Assembly: GCA_964016885.1 (NCBI GenBank)
Contig: OZ024741.1
Span: 222,766,001-222,830,000 of the forward strand
Reading direction: 5' to 3'
Length of the DNA stretch: 64,000 nt
Origin: Eledone cirrhosa
Taxonomy: Eukaryota
Positions within the stretch are counted from its first letter, which is position 1; each line of letters begins with the position of its first letter. Below the pieces are notes generated by a model. That model was not told where the DNA came from. It ran no database searches and saw only the letters and a program-made list of their open reading frames with translations. Of this stretch, positions 25,431-38,551 are shown piece by piece. Made by a program: the position numbers and the translations under genes.

Positions 25431-25476
25431 CGCTTACAATTGTTTCTTCCAAACCGTGGTTTGGAGTCTTCGGACC
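25431..25476 (-). ncRNA. Degenerate hammerhead motif (probably inactive)
   Basis: CCGAAGA-ctccaaac cacg gtttggaa-GAAA-caatt-GTA; the core carries substitutions. Confidence 0.4.
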
Positions 25477-25935
25477 AATTTTTCAATGATTGTTTACATA
25501 CTTGACCTCCTTTCCAACACAAGAGACATACAGAAACATATGTATATATTGATGCACAGTGGGTTGACATCCATTATAATAATATAGCATGGCAATTTAC
25601 ATTCAAAGATTAAAGTCATATTAAAAGAAAACAAAATTGAAGTTAAAATACAACATTGGCAGTTTACGAAGAAAATGCAGGAGGATAGTTAGAAGTAGTT
25701 AGTGTATGCAATAGTTACACGTGGGGCATGCACGTGTGTCTTATTTATATAAGATTATAGTGCGGCAGGGTGTTATATGTAATACAAGCACTTTAAGCGG
25801 GCAATCAAGAGTATTATGGGGGGTTGTATTGGTAAAGTATTTTTTAATATGTATGATATAGAAGCTTGTGTGCAGACAAATATTAAAAATATTAAAAATA
25901 TTAAAAATGAGAAGCAAAACAATGTTATGGTTTTC

Positions 25936-25996
<61 letters not shown>

Positions 25997-26361
25997 CCCT
26001 CTATCCACACACGCACACACACTCCGACCTACACCCCACCCCACACACACCTCTTCCTGAACATGCAACCCCGTTCTTCCCCCAACCCTTGCTTTCACAT
26101 ACACACACACGTACACCTACACACACACACCACCTTCAGCCCTCCCCGCTCGGACACGCCGTCTCCCTCTCCCCACTTCACCCGCCACCACCCCTACACG
26201 CCCCACACCCTTCCACCACCTGTTTTACCCCATTTTAATTTTATTTTGATCATGCCTTTATTTTTAATTTCATTTGCACCGTTTCCTCTCACCCCCTTTT
26301 TGCTATATGTCTCTCCACCACTCCCCTACACACCCTTTGAACTCTCTTCCCACACACTTTT

Positions 26362-26395
26362 CACCTGAAGAAGGGCTTATGCCCGAAACGTCGTT
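26362..26395 (+). ncRNA. Minimal hammerhead motif
   Basis: CTGAAGAA-gggc ttat gccc-GAAA-c-GTC; stem I is weak. Confidence 0.5.
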
Positions 26396-26480
26396 CCCTA
26401 CCACCACCCCACTCTCAAGAGCGTGAAATTAATAAACATTTGTTGCACTGCCTCTCTGTTTTGTTCCCGTTCAATTTTTC

Positions 26481-26870
<390 letters not shown>

Positions 26871-27027
26871 CAGAAAGGGTGTGGTAAAATACCAGGTAGA
26901 CCATCACCCACCAGAGTACTCCATACTTGGGTAGTAAAGTGGGTAATATGAAAAGATTCTAGCTGTCGAAACGGCCGGAGCTCAACCGTCGGGGTCCTGA
27001 ATCTTTTCATATATATATATATATACA

Positions 27028-27206
27028 GTAAAAGAGGGAGGGGGGGGGCAAACCTGGTGAGATATATTGTAGGTATATTGGGTGACATACAGAGATGAAG
27101 TGTCTGCTAGCTATAGCTATAGCTAGCAGACACTTCATCTCTGTATGTCACCCAATATACCTACAATATATCTCACCAGGTTTGCCCCCCCCCCTCCCTC
27201 TTTTAC
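27028..27206. repeat. Near-perfect spacer-less palindrome (89/90-bp arms)
   Basis: Centre CTATAG|CTATAG at 27116/27117; the only difference seen is one extra C in a homopolymer. Confidence 0.95.
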
Positions 27207-27229
27207 CTTTGTTTCTGTAACAACACCAA

Positions 27230-29592
27230 TACTGTCAACAACCCCCACCACCATCACTACCACCACCACCTCCTCCATCGCTACCACCACCACCATCGCC
27301 GCCACCACCGCCACTACCGCCACCATCACTACCACCACCATCACCACCACCAATATCATCACCACCACCACCAATGCCATCACCGCCGCCACCATCACTA
27401 GAACCACCACCACCACCAGCACTGCCACCACCATTGCCACCACCGCTACCATCACTACTATCACCACAAATCACTACTACCACCACCACCACCACCACCA
27501 CCACCACCATCACAACCACCACCACCACCGCCACCACCACCATCACAACCACCACCACCGCCATCATCACTACTACCACCACCGCCACCATCACTACCAC
27601 CACCGCCGCCACCATCACTACCACCACCACCGCCACCATCACTACCACCACCACCACCATCACAACCACCACCACCGCCACCATCACTACCACCACCACC
27701 GCCACCATCACTACCACCACCACCGCCACCATCACTACCACCACCACCGCCACCATCACTACCACCACCACCGCCACCATCACTACCACCACCACCGCCA
27801 CCATCACTACCACCACCACTACCATCACTACTATCACCACAAATCACTACTACAACCACCACAACCACCGCCACCATCACTACCACCATCACCGCCACCA
27901 CCACCATCACAACCACCGCCACCATCACTACCACCACCACCACCACCATCACTACCACCATCACCGCCACCATCACTACCACCATCACCGCCACCACCAC
28001 CATCACAACCACCGCCACCATCACTACCACCACCACCGCCACCATCACTACCACCATCACCGCCACCATCACTACCACCACCACCGCCACCATCACTACC
28101 ACCACCACCGCCACCATCACTACTACCACCACCGCCACCATCACTACCACCACCACCGCCACCATCACTACCACCACCACCGCCACCATCACTACTACCA
28201 CCACCGCCACCATCACTACCACCACCACCGCCACCATCACTACTACCACCACCGCCACCATCACTACCACCACCACCGCCACCATCACTACCACCACCAC
28301 CGCCACCATCACTACTACCACCACCGCCACCATCACTACCACCACCACCGCCACCATCACTACCACCACCACCGCCACCATCACTACCACCACCACCGCC
28401 ACCATCACTACCACCACCACCGCCACCACCACCATCACAACCACTACCACCATCACTACCACCACCACCACCACCATCACTACCACCACCACCGCCACCA
28501 TCACTACCACCACCACCGCCACCATCACTACCACCACCACCGCCACCATCACTACTACCACCACCGCCACCATCACTACCACCACCACCGCCACCATCAC
28601 TACTACCACCACCGCCACCATCACTACCACCACCACCGCCACCATCACTACCACCACCACCGCCACCACCACCACCACCACCACCGCCACCATCACTACC
28701 ACCACCACCGCCACCATCACTACCACCACCACCGCCACCATCACTACTATCACCACAAATCACTACAACCACCACCACCACCACCACCACCACCACCACC
28801 ACCACCGCCACCATCACTACCACCACCACCGCCACCACCACCACCACCACCACCGCCACCATCACTACCACCACCACCGCCACCATCACTACCACCACCA
28901 CCGCCACCATCACTACCACCACCACCGCCACCATCACTACCACCACCACCGCCACCATCACTACCACCACCACCGCCACCATCACTACCACCACCAACGC
29001 CACCATCACTACCACCACCACCGCCACCATCACTACCACCACCACCGCCACCACCACTACCACCACCACCGCCACCATCACTACCACCACCACCGCCACC
29101 ATCACTACCACCACCACCGCCACCATCACTACCACCACCACCGCCACCATCACTACCACCACCACCGCCACCATCACTACCACCACCACCGCCACCATCA
29201 CTACCACCACCACCGCTACCATCACTACCACCACCACCGCCACCATCACTACCACCACCACCGCTACCATCACTACCACCACCACCGCCACCATCACTAC
29301 CACCACCACCGCCACCATCACTACCACCACCACCGCCACCATCACTACCACCACCACCGCCACCATCACTACCACCACCACCGCCACCATCACTACCACC
29401 ACCACCGCCACCACCACTACCACCACCACCGCCACCACCACTACCACCACCACCGCCACCATCACTACCACCACCACCGCCACCATCACTACCACCACCA
29501 CCGCCACCATCACTACCACCACCACCGCCACCATCACTACCACCACCACCGCCACCATCACTACCACCACCACCGCTACCATCACTACTATG
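27230..29592. repeat. (ACC)n-derived 24-bp minisatellite GCCACCATCACTACCACCACCACC
   Basis: 8-residue periodicity in the ORF translations; a junction motif recurs at about 27450, 27820 and 28740. Confidence 0.95.
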
Positions 29593-29724
29593 ATTGTATG
29601 TAAGGTAAGTATTATTCGATGAAACTGGAGAATCGTGGGAAAGCTGTCTAGTCTAATGTGCCATCACTTGTTATCATCACCTTAACTGTTACCGGAGATT
29701 GGCTTGTCTATATATATTGGCTTG

Positions 29725-29792
<68 letters not shown>

Positions 29793-30059
29793 TGTGTGTG
29801 TCTGTGTCTGTGTGTGTATGCGTGCATGTATGTATGCTTATATATATATATGTGTGTATGTGTGTTTGAGCATATATCTATATATATATGTATATATACA
29901 CACACACATACATATATATATATATACACGCACACACACACACATGCATGCATATATATATGTGTGTGTGTGTGTTAGTGTGTGTGTGTGTGTGTGTCTG
30001 TGTGTGTATGCGTGCATGTATGTATGCTTATATATATATATGTGTGTATGTGTGTTTGA

Positions 30060-30109
<50 letters not shown>

Positions 30110-30117
30110 GTATATAT

Positions 30118-30152
<35 letters not shown>

Positions 30153-30384
30153 CGCACACACACACATGCATGCATGCATATATATATGTGTGTGTGTGTG
30201 TTAGTGTGTCTGTGTTTGTGTGCGTGCGTATTTTGTGTGTGTGTGTGTGCATTATATTTATGTTTTTATTTTAAATATGTACAAAGTCATTCATTGTATA
30301 TATAGTCAATAGATTCGACATCGTATGTATTACATTACACACGTTGTATATGTTATATACTGAAGTACAGAGAAGTTCCTATAC

Positions 30385-30510
30385 CATCGGTGTGAACTGT
30401 TTGTTTGTTTTGGTGGGTATGGGGGACTCTCTCCGACGGAGGATAAAGAATAGACCTCCGTCGGTTTCGACGGAGAGTGTTCCAGTTGTTCGATAAACAA
30501 AACATGAGAT
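30385..30510 (-). CDS. Candidate exon D (ISCFVYRTTGTLSVETDGGLFFILRRRESPIPTKTNKQFTPM)
   Basis: 126 nt, phase 0 to 0; purine-rich AAATAG| acceptor; |GTATAG donor-like site at 30379-30384. Confidence 0.4.
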
Positions 30511-30786
30511 CTATTTTTTTTAGATTTTTCTTTTTGTTTCTTTTATTTATTTTGTGACTCACTAATAGGTCAGAACCGACAATTCTAATATCCCTGCTAT
30601 AAAGTCAGGTGTGGTGGAACTAAGGGGCAGGGGGCTATGGATCCCCCAGTAATTATATGTTTCTCCCCAAACAACAAAAACACACATCTATTTGTGTATG
30701 CGCTACAATTTATGTTCATGTTATGTTTATCGCATATCGAAGTTTTTTAATACATTGGTTGATATGTGATAATAACAGCTAAACTA

Positions 30787-31492
30787 TTCTTCTTCTTCTT
30801 CTTCTTCTTCTTCTTCTTCTTCTTCTTCTTCTTCTTCTTCTTCTTCTTCTTCTTCTTCTTCTTCTTCTTCTTCTTCTTCTTCTTCTTCTTCTTCTTCTTC
30901 ATCATCTTCTTCGCCCACTTATTCCTGAGAGGTGCGTGTGTGGGCAGAGTCCTCAAACACTCCTTCCAGCGGGTCCTGTCAGAAGCAACCCTCTCCAACT
31001 GTTTCAGCTGGATACCCAAGCATAGCCAGCCAAGCTCATGGATGTTATCCAACCATCTTCCTCATGGTCTACCGCTGGGTCTCCTACCTGTCTACCCCTG
31101 GGTCTCTTACCTGTCTACTCCTGGGTCTCCTACCTGTCTACCCCTGGGTCTCCTACCTGTCTACCCCTGGGTCTCCTACCTGTCTACCCCTGGGTCTCCT
31201 ACCTGTTGGTTTCGCCCGCAGAATCTGTCCAGCGATTCTTTCCTAAGTCGCGATTCCTGTATGTATTATATGTTTGGGTTCAACGTAATCCTGTTACATA
31301 AATCATTACCGAAGGATACAAAAGCAAGCACTCCTGATTTTCGGGGTTCAGGTTGTGCTAAGCAGACAGAAGGTTAGATGTTTACTGTGTAGATGAAACA
31401 GCAACACTAGTCATTTGATATTTTAAAATTTCAGAATATAGAGCGTTCTAACCACATACCCATAGTATCGGGGCTGTGATCTCTCAATTCGG
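30787..31492 (-). mobile_element. RTE LINE 3' end with (GAA)n tail, internal 23-bp tandem expansion and an interruption
   Basis: Similar to 22865-23130; MDNIHELGW..LERVASDRTRWKECL; tail at 30787-30910. Confidence 0.8.
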
Positions 31493-31502
31493 AGCTAAAC
31501 TA

Positions 31503-31675
31503 CCGTATTCCCCGGCGTCGAAGACGCTATTTTTTTTTCTCCCTCAAATAAGTCTCAAAAATCTACCATGCGTCTTGGAGGCCGAAGGTTCTTTAGTAAT
31601 TGTTTTTTAATCTTTGGTTGTCAAAATTAGAGTGGGGCCTCGAAGACGAAGCGTCTTCGGCACCGGGAAATACGG
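31503..31675. mobile_element. Tc2/pogo-type MITE
   Basis: TA|CCGTATTCCCCGGCGTCGAAGACGC ... GCGTCTTCGGCACCGGGAAATACGG|TA. Confidence 0.85.
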
Positions 31676-31904
31676 TAATCACTACAACTAAATTGACCAA
31701 ATCCACCCCACCCTCATCATTTCAGAAATGCTTCCCCGCTCTTGAAAGTAGCCCACATTTGAAGAAATGTAATGTAACAATAAAGGTTGAAGGCAGTTTA
31801 GTAGTGAAGCATAGAACACTTAAAGCGAGGACCCTGAAAATGTGGGTCCTTTAACGTTTTCTATCTAACCTTGCTTAACTGGAGACTGGCTTGTCTCTTT
31901 GTTT

Positions 31905-32069
31905 ACATTTGTGTGTGAGTGTGTACATGTGTGTGTGTGTATGAATATATGTGTGTATATATATGTGTATATATATATCTGCGTATGTGTGTGTGTGTAT
32001 GTGTGTATATATATATATGTGTGTGTGTGTGTGTGGATGTATATATGTGTGTGTATGTATATATATATA

Positions 32070-32114
<45 letters not shown>

Positions 32115-32335
32115 ATATATATATGTGTGTATGTATATGTGTGTGTAATATATGTGTATGTATATGTGTGTGTATATGTATGTGCGTATGTATGTGTGTG
32201 TAATATATGTGTGTGTGTGTATGAATATATGTGTGTATATATATGTGTATATATATATATGTGCGTATGTGTGTGTGTGTATGTGTATATATATATATGT
32301 GTGTGTGTGTGTGGATGTATATATGTGTGTGTATG

Positions 32336-32366
<31 letters not shown>

Positions 32367-32499
32367 ATATATATATGTGTGTGTGTGTGTGTATATATAT
32401 ATGTGTGTATGTATATGTGTGTGTAATATATGTGTATATGTATATGTGTGTGTATATGTATGTGCGTATGTATGTGTGTGTAATATATGTGTGTATGTA

Positions 32500-32533
<34 letters not shown>

Positions 32534-32904
32534 CATGTGTGTGTGTATATATATATTATTATATGTGTGTGTATGTAGGCGTTGGATTGGCAGTATCGGT
32601 AGAGGGTCGGACGCCATGCTTTGACGCATAGAGTTACGGCCCTTGCCATTCTGAGTTCAAATCCCGCCGAGGTTAACTTTGCCTTTCATCCTTACGGGGT
32701 CGATAAAATAAAGTACCAGTAATGCACTGGTTAATTGCTGGCCTTGTGCCAAAAAGTAGAAACAATTATATGTGTGTGTATGTATATGTGTGTATGTATA
32801 TGTGTGTGTGTGTGTGTATGTATATGTGTGTGTGTACATCTATATGTGCGTGTATATGTGTGTGTATATATATATATATATGTGTATATATATATATATG
32901 TGTA

Positions 32905-32957
<53 letters not shown>

Positions 32958-33018
32958 GTGTGTGTATGTGTGTGTGTGTGTATGTGTGTGTGTATGTATA
33001 TGTGTATATATATGTGTG

Positions 33019-33055
<37 letters not shown>

Positions 33056-33088
33056 ATGTGTGTGTGTGTGTATGTATATGTGTATATA

Positions 33089-33137
<49 letters not shown>

Positions 33138-33186
33138 ATGTGTGTGTGTGTGTGTGTATGTATATGTGTATATATATATATGTGTG

Positions 33187-33225
<39 letters not shown>

Positions 33226-33356
33226 ATGTGTGTGTGTGTGTATGTATATGTGTATATATATATGTGTGTATATATATATATATATATGTGTGTGTGTATG
33301 TGTGTGTGTGTGTGTGTATGTGTGTGTGTATGTATATGTGTATATATATATGTGTG

Positions 33357-33397
<41 letters not shown>

Positions 33398-33426
33398 ATG
33401 TATATGTGTATATATATATGTGTGTG

Positions 33427-33463
<37 letters not shown>

Positions 33464-33562
33464 ATGTGTGTGTGTGTGTATGTATATGTGTATATATATG
33501 TGTATATATATATGTATATGTGTATATGTATATGTGTATATATATATGTGTATATATATGTG
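31905..33562. repeat. Compound (TA)n/(TG)n microsatellite with higher-order duplications, split by a SINE
   Basis: Direct inspection; this tract is the source of many spurious ORFs. Confidence 0.9.
32578..32768 (+). mobile_element. Young tRNA-derived SINE
   Basis: Same family as 24430-24616. Confidence 0.9.
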
Positions 33563-33564
33563 TC

Positions 33565-33964
33565 AGATGGGAACCTCGGAGGCCAACAAAGAAGATGCAG
33601 CAGAAGATCCAGGCATTCTTCAACATCTCTCCGTGGCACATCTACAACATCGTATGGCCGGAGATCAGACACGAAGATCTGTGGGAGTGAGTGGGACAGG
33701 AACCAGGGGTAAAGCAGAGGAGGAAGTGGAGCTGGATTGGACATATATATACTCAGGGCACCAGCATCCGATACCACACGACAAGCCCTGACCTGGAACC
33801 TGCAGGGTAAGAGGATGACAGGCAGGCACCGTGGGAGCTGGAGGTATGACACTGAGGCTGAATTAAGAAAACTGGAAGCCAACTGGAGTGGAGTGGCGAG
33901 AGGTGTATGATGGTGGAGGTTCATCAATGGCCTATGCTCCATAGAGAGCGATAAGGCTGAATGA
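33565..33964 (+). mobile_element. Degenerate RTE LINE 3' fragment
   Basis: [35 protein letters not shown]; 3' end GGCCTATGCTCC...TAAGGCTGAATGA. Confidence 0.7.
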
Positions 33965-33968
33965 TATA

Positions 33969-34575
33969 CAGTGTAACCCCGGCATTGGCAGTTCGGGTTA
34001 TTCGCTGAATTATCCTTAGAACCTAACTAATAATTGTTCATGGAAACACCGCATATTCGTGGAATCGTAAATATCATCCGCCATTTTTTTAATGGCTTTT
34101 ATATATAATTGTTTCTACTTTAGGCAGAAATTACCCAGTGCATTACTGGTACTTTATTTTATCGACCCCGTAAGGATGAAAGGCAAAGTCAACCTCGGCG
34201 GGATTTGAACTCAGATCGTAAAGGGACGTAACTATGCTGGAAAGCATGGCGTCCGACCCTCTACCGGTACTGCCAATTCACCGCCCTTATATATTTTATA
34301 TATAATGGCAATATATATTTTTTGAACGGTAAATCATTAATAACAATATACCGTATTTGCCGACCTATATATAATGGCAATATATATTTTTTGAACGGTA
34401 AATCATTAATAACAATATACCGTATTTGCCGACCTCTTTTTTTTTAATTATATTTTACGTTATATTTCGACGTTTATAGGCATTTTTATGCACCACGTCC
34501 AATATTCACGGTTTTTTTCTTTCTTTTCGCGGGTGCTCTAGGTACGTAAGCCACGCGAATACCAGGAGACAACTG
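33969..34575. mobile_element. Tigger-like MITE containing a SINE (34107-34287, -) and a tandem duplication of about 69 bp
   Basis: TA|CAGTG...AACTG|TA with degenerate TIRs; the SINE is flanked by a TTTTATATATAAT duplication. Confidence 0.6.
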
Positions 34576-34771
34576 TATATGTGTGTGTTAGTTTGAGCGT
34601 GATGCATCTATGACTATTCCGGCACTGACGAATCTGTTTAATTTTCACCGATGTAAACACAAACCTCCATTGTTTAACACCAGTTGTTGGCAAGTTCTTA
34701 TACGCTATAAGCAGCGCAGTGGGGTACATCAAGGACCTGGCCATCTAAATGCCACTATTTTATTGTATCAG

Positions 34772-34985
34772 GGTGGAGGTGACAAGATCGTTAAGACATC
34801 TGATAAAATGTCATTGCGGTATTTGTTCTGGCTCTTTATATTCCGAGTTCAAATCCCGACAAAGTCAACTTTACCTTTCATCCTTCCGGAGTTGGTAAAG
34901 TAAAGTTCCAGTCAAAAACTGGAGTTGATTTAATCAACTTTGCACTTTCCTTATATTTGCTGGCCTTGTACTTAAATTAGAAATT
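34772..34985 (+). mobile_element. Older SINE copy
   Basis: GAGTTCAAATCCCG..AACTTTACCTTTCATCCTTCC..GCTGGCCTTGTAC. Confidence 0.7.
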
Positions 34986-35667
34986 AATATTTCCCTGTAT
35001 CTGATAGAAGACAGCTGTTAGCCAATTCTTATAAGCAACAGAGGCGGGAGGGAACTGTATCTGATAGAAGATAGTTTTGGTCAATTCTTATAAGCTATAG
35101 GCAGGGGCAGATTAAACTTACGTGGGATTCTGGCTGAATATTTCATTTGGGCCTTTATGTATTATTTATGAGAGCAAAAAAAATGTTATTTGGAGCCCTA
35201 AAAATATTGTAGTGTCCCTAGCTGAAACTTTTGTCGGGGCCCTTGCGTATTATTTATGGTAGCAAAACAATTACTTTTGACTATGTAAATATTTTGTGTC
35301 CCCTGTAACATTCCACTTTGTCTCCCCTTAATCTGTCACAAAATAGGGGTGCATCTATAGCGAAACATCGAGATAATTTCCCATGTACTCTGGTGATTGT
35401 ATTATCGGCACCTTTAGCCCCAGACTAACTGAGATATCAATTCCCTTTGTTCGAGTTGACAACATCGCCAAATAGATTTACTGCTTATGTTTAAAAGGAA
35501 ACTGCCATGCTACCCGTTTAATGTTTCTGGACAACCTAATTATTATAAATACAAGAGCTTGTTTTCAGCCTCACACAGCTCGTCATGTAGCTACACACAC
35601 ACACTCACTCACACAAACAAACAAACAAACAAACACACACACACGCACACACGCACACACGTACACA

Positions 35668-35714
<47 letters not shown>

Positions 35715-36039
35715 GTTAGCCAGATCCGCTGGCAGGTAGGGCTGGCTACCAACATCAACACGCAGGTTAGTAAATTCACTATTTTGGACTCTACATTCAC
35801 ACATACACAATCAACGCACTACAATTATGTGTACAATTTCCATTATTACTGCACATGATTTTGAAGTAAACCATGCAACCAATAGAAACATAAAAATTAG
35901 CACTGCCTTGTTCATTTGTAAAATCGTATCAATGTGGTTGGGTAAAATCATCTTCCCCGCGGCATCATCACATTACCGCAACAAGCGTTTATAATTTTTA
36001 GTTTCCTCGACCATTGCAAGACTTAACAGCAACAATTCT

Positions 36040-36236
36040 CATGACCCACTCAACACGCTTCACTCACTTGCCATGGACATGACCCACTGAACACACTTCA
36101 CTCACTTGCCATGGACACGACCCACTGAACACGCTTCACTCACTTGCCATGGACATGACCCACTGAACACGCTTCACTCACTTGCCATGGACATGACCCA
36201 CTCAACACGCTTCACTCACTTGCCATGGACACGACC
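36040..36236. repeat. 38-bp minisatellite, 5 copies
   Basis: CATGACCCACTSAACACGCTTCACTCACTTGCCATGGA at a 38-bp period (36040, 36078, 36116, etc.). Confidence 0.95.
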
Positions 36237-36334
36237 AACAAACCACTCATTCAACTACTTCATCAACTCATCTCGCAATACCAACTACACTACCATCCAA
36301 CAAATGAACTACAACAAACAATCAATATCTATCA

Positions 36335-36910
36335 CCGCTAAACATCTAAGACCTAATCATTGCTATTCCAGTACATCTGTTTGATGTAGCTATTAATCAG
36401 ATCTTATAAGCCATGGTTATATATCTAAGACCTGATCTTTAGCTCTGTTCCACAATATCTGTGTGACGTTAGCTATTAGTCAGTTCTTCTAAATTATTTT
36501 GCAATATCTAAACATGATCATTGGGTGTACGTCAACTACTGACTAGCTTTTATAAACCACTGGAGGGGTTGCATATAATACTTGTTCACTGGCACTATTT
36601 TATTTATCTGTGAAGGTCAGCCATTGGTCAATTGTTTTTTATAATCATTGGAGGGGCTACATCTAAAACATGGTTGGCTGGTGGTCAGCTTGTTATAAAC
36701 CATGGTGCTACATCTATGTCAGGATCACTGGCTCGTGATCAGTTATTGGTCAACTGCTTATAAACCATGGCACTACATTAAAGAGAGGATTACTGACTGT
36801 TGGTCAGCTTGTTATAAACCACAGTGCTACATCTAAGACAGGATCACAGGCTGCTAGACAGCTGGAGGTTAGTTTCTTATTAACCGAGATAGGTTGCATC
36901 TAACATCAGC
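36335..36910. repeat. Decayed tandem repeat, units of about 55-80 bp
   Basis: Recurring TTATAAACCA..GCTACATCTAAGAC..GGTCAGCTT motifs. Confidence 0.6.
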
Positions 36911-37298
36911 TTATTTAAGGAGAGATAATAAGAACGGGAAATCGGATTGCGTAATGCAGTGAGCAACAATGACCGTCGAGTTAATCAAAATAAATCAAAT
37001 TTAAATTTTAACAAGGTAGATAATATTAAGTGAAATAGACAGGTTGTATTAGATTGTTTTATAATAAAATTATTTAGATATATTATTTGCTTCGTTTAGA
37101 AAAATCATCGCTCATCCAGATGTATTAAACCACCAACCTCTTTAAAATTTGAAACCTGAACAATATAAGAAAGCCAGCTCGTGATGATCTCAAAATAAAG
37201 ATAAATATCACAATAGATAAATACAATATATACATACATATATATACATACATCCATGCACACGCACACGCACACACACACACACACACACACATATG

Positions 37299-37361
<63 letters not shown>

Positions 37362-37362
37362 G

Positions 37363-37416
<54 letters not shown>

Positions 37417-37421
<5 letters not shown>

Positions 37422-37805
37422 GTGTTAAACAATATTCAATGATTATGTCAAAGAATGGGTTTTACAGTAGATTGGAAGCACTCAACGAAACAATAATTTT
37501 CTGGAGTTATTAATTGTTTCTATTTTAGGCACAATGCCAGCAAATAACCCAGTACATTACTGGTACTTTATTTTATCGCCCCCGTAAGGATGAAAGGCAA
37601 AGTTAACCTCAGCGGGATTTGAACTCAAAAGTTATTAATATTAAAATATAAGTATTTTAAATCTTAACCATTTAACATCTCAGGGTATGTCATATATTAT
37701 TATATTTTGTCTGATGAGGACGTACTGTTGTACATCCGAAATATGTATAATAAAATGTAATTGATCAAAAGAACATCTATTTTATTAATACTTATATTTT
37801 AATAT
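37417..37805. mobile_element. Penelope-like derivative (14-kb family) with a hammerhead at 37703-37757 and an inserted partial SINE (37511-37627)
   Basis: CTGATGA at 37711 and GAAA at 37738; the SINE is flanked by an AGTTATTAAT duplication. Confidence 0.65.
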
Positions 37806-37827
37806 TATATATATATATATAATATTA

Positions 37828-38017
37828 AGGGCGGTGGATTGGCAGTATCGGTAGAGGGTCGGACGCCATGCTTTGATGCATAGAGTTACGGTCCTTGCCA
37901 TTCTGAGTTCAAATCCCGCCGAGGTTAACTTTGCCTTTCATCCTTACGGGGTTGATAAAATAAAGTACGAGTAATGCACTGGATAATTGCTGGCCTTGTG
38001 CCAAAAGTAGAAACAAT

Positions 38018-38019
<2 letters not shown>
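37828..38019 (+). mobile_element. Young tRNA-derived SINE
   Basis: Same family as 32578-32768. Confidence 0.9.
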
Positions 38020-38048
<29 letters not shown>

Positions 38049-38066
38049 ATATATAACAAGCTATAC

Positions 38067-38159
38067 ATTTAACGGCATCTTCAAACTCGTCCTGATCAAA
38101 TTCCTGAAATCGGGAATTTGATATCGCACCTCCATCCTTTCTATACCACTGTGCACAAT
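38067..38159 (-). CDS. Candidate exon C (IVHSGIERMEVRYQIPDFRNLIRTSLKMPLN)
   Basis: 93 nt; good acceptor TTCTTGCTATCTTCCCAG|; |GTATAG donor-like site at 38061-38066; lies between (TA)n and SINEs. Confidence 0.5.
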
Positions 38160-38232
38160 CTGGGAAGATAGCAAGAATTGGACCTTGAAACCTTAAGTAG
38201 AGCTTTTTGTTCTATGTATAAACATAAATAAA

Positions 38233-38500
38233 TAATTGTTTCTACTTTTGGCACAAGGCCAGCAATTAATCCAGTGTATTACTGGTACTTTATTGTATCA
38301 ACCCCGTATATAATTGTTTCTACTTTAGGCACAAGGCCAGCAAACACCCAGTGCATTACTGGTACTTTATTTTATCGACCCCGTAAGGATGAAAGGCAAA
38401 GTCAACCTCGGCGTGATTTGAACTCAGATCGTAAAGGGACGTAACTATGCTGGAAAGCATGGCGTCCGACCCTCTACCGATACTGCCAATCCACCACCCC
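38233..38500 (-). mobile_element. Tandem partial plus full SINE
   Basis: Two 3' ends (38233, 38311) and one tRNA head ending near 38500. Confidence 0.9.
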
Positions 38501-38551
38501 ATAAATAATGTAGTATAATATGATGTGTATATATATGTGTGTGTGTGTGTG

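Noticed and set aside
27145-29622. 825-aa and 739-aa Pro/His/Thr-rich ORFs (extensin- or mucin-like)
   Set aside because: Several frames on both strands are open because the 24-bp ACC-derived unit has few stop codons; the N-terminus comes from a palindrome arm.
31865-33942. Long YI/CV/HT-repeat ORFs here and throughout the window
   Set aside because: They are dinucleotide microsatellite translations.
36040-36236. CRISPR-like 38-bp repeats
   Set aside because: The units are contiguous with no spacers, there are no cas genes, and the context is eukaryotic.
37105-37155. Minus-strand acceptor followed by [16 protein letters not shown]-stop
   Set aside because: It is too short to support; it could be an alternative terminal exon but there is no other evidence.
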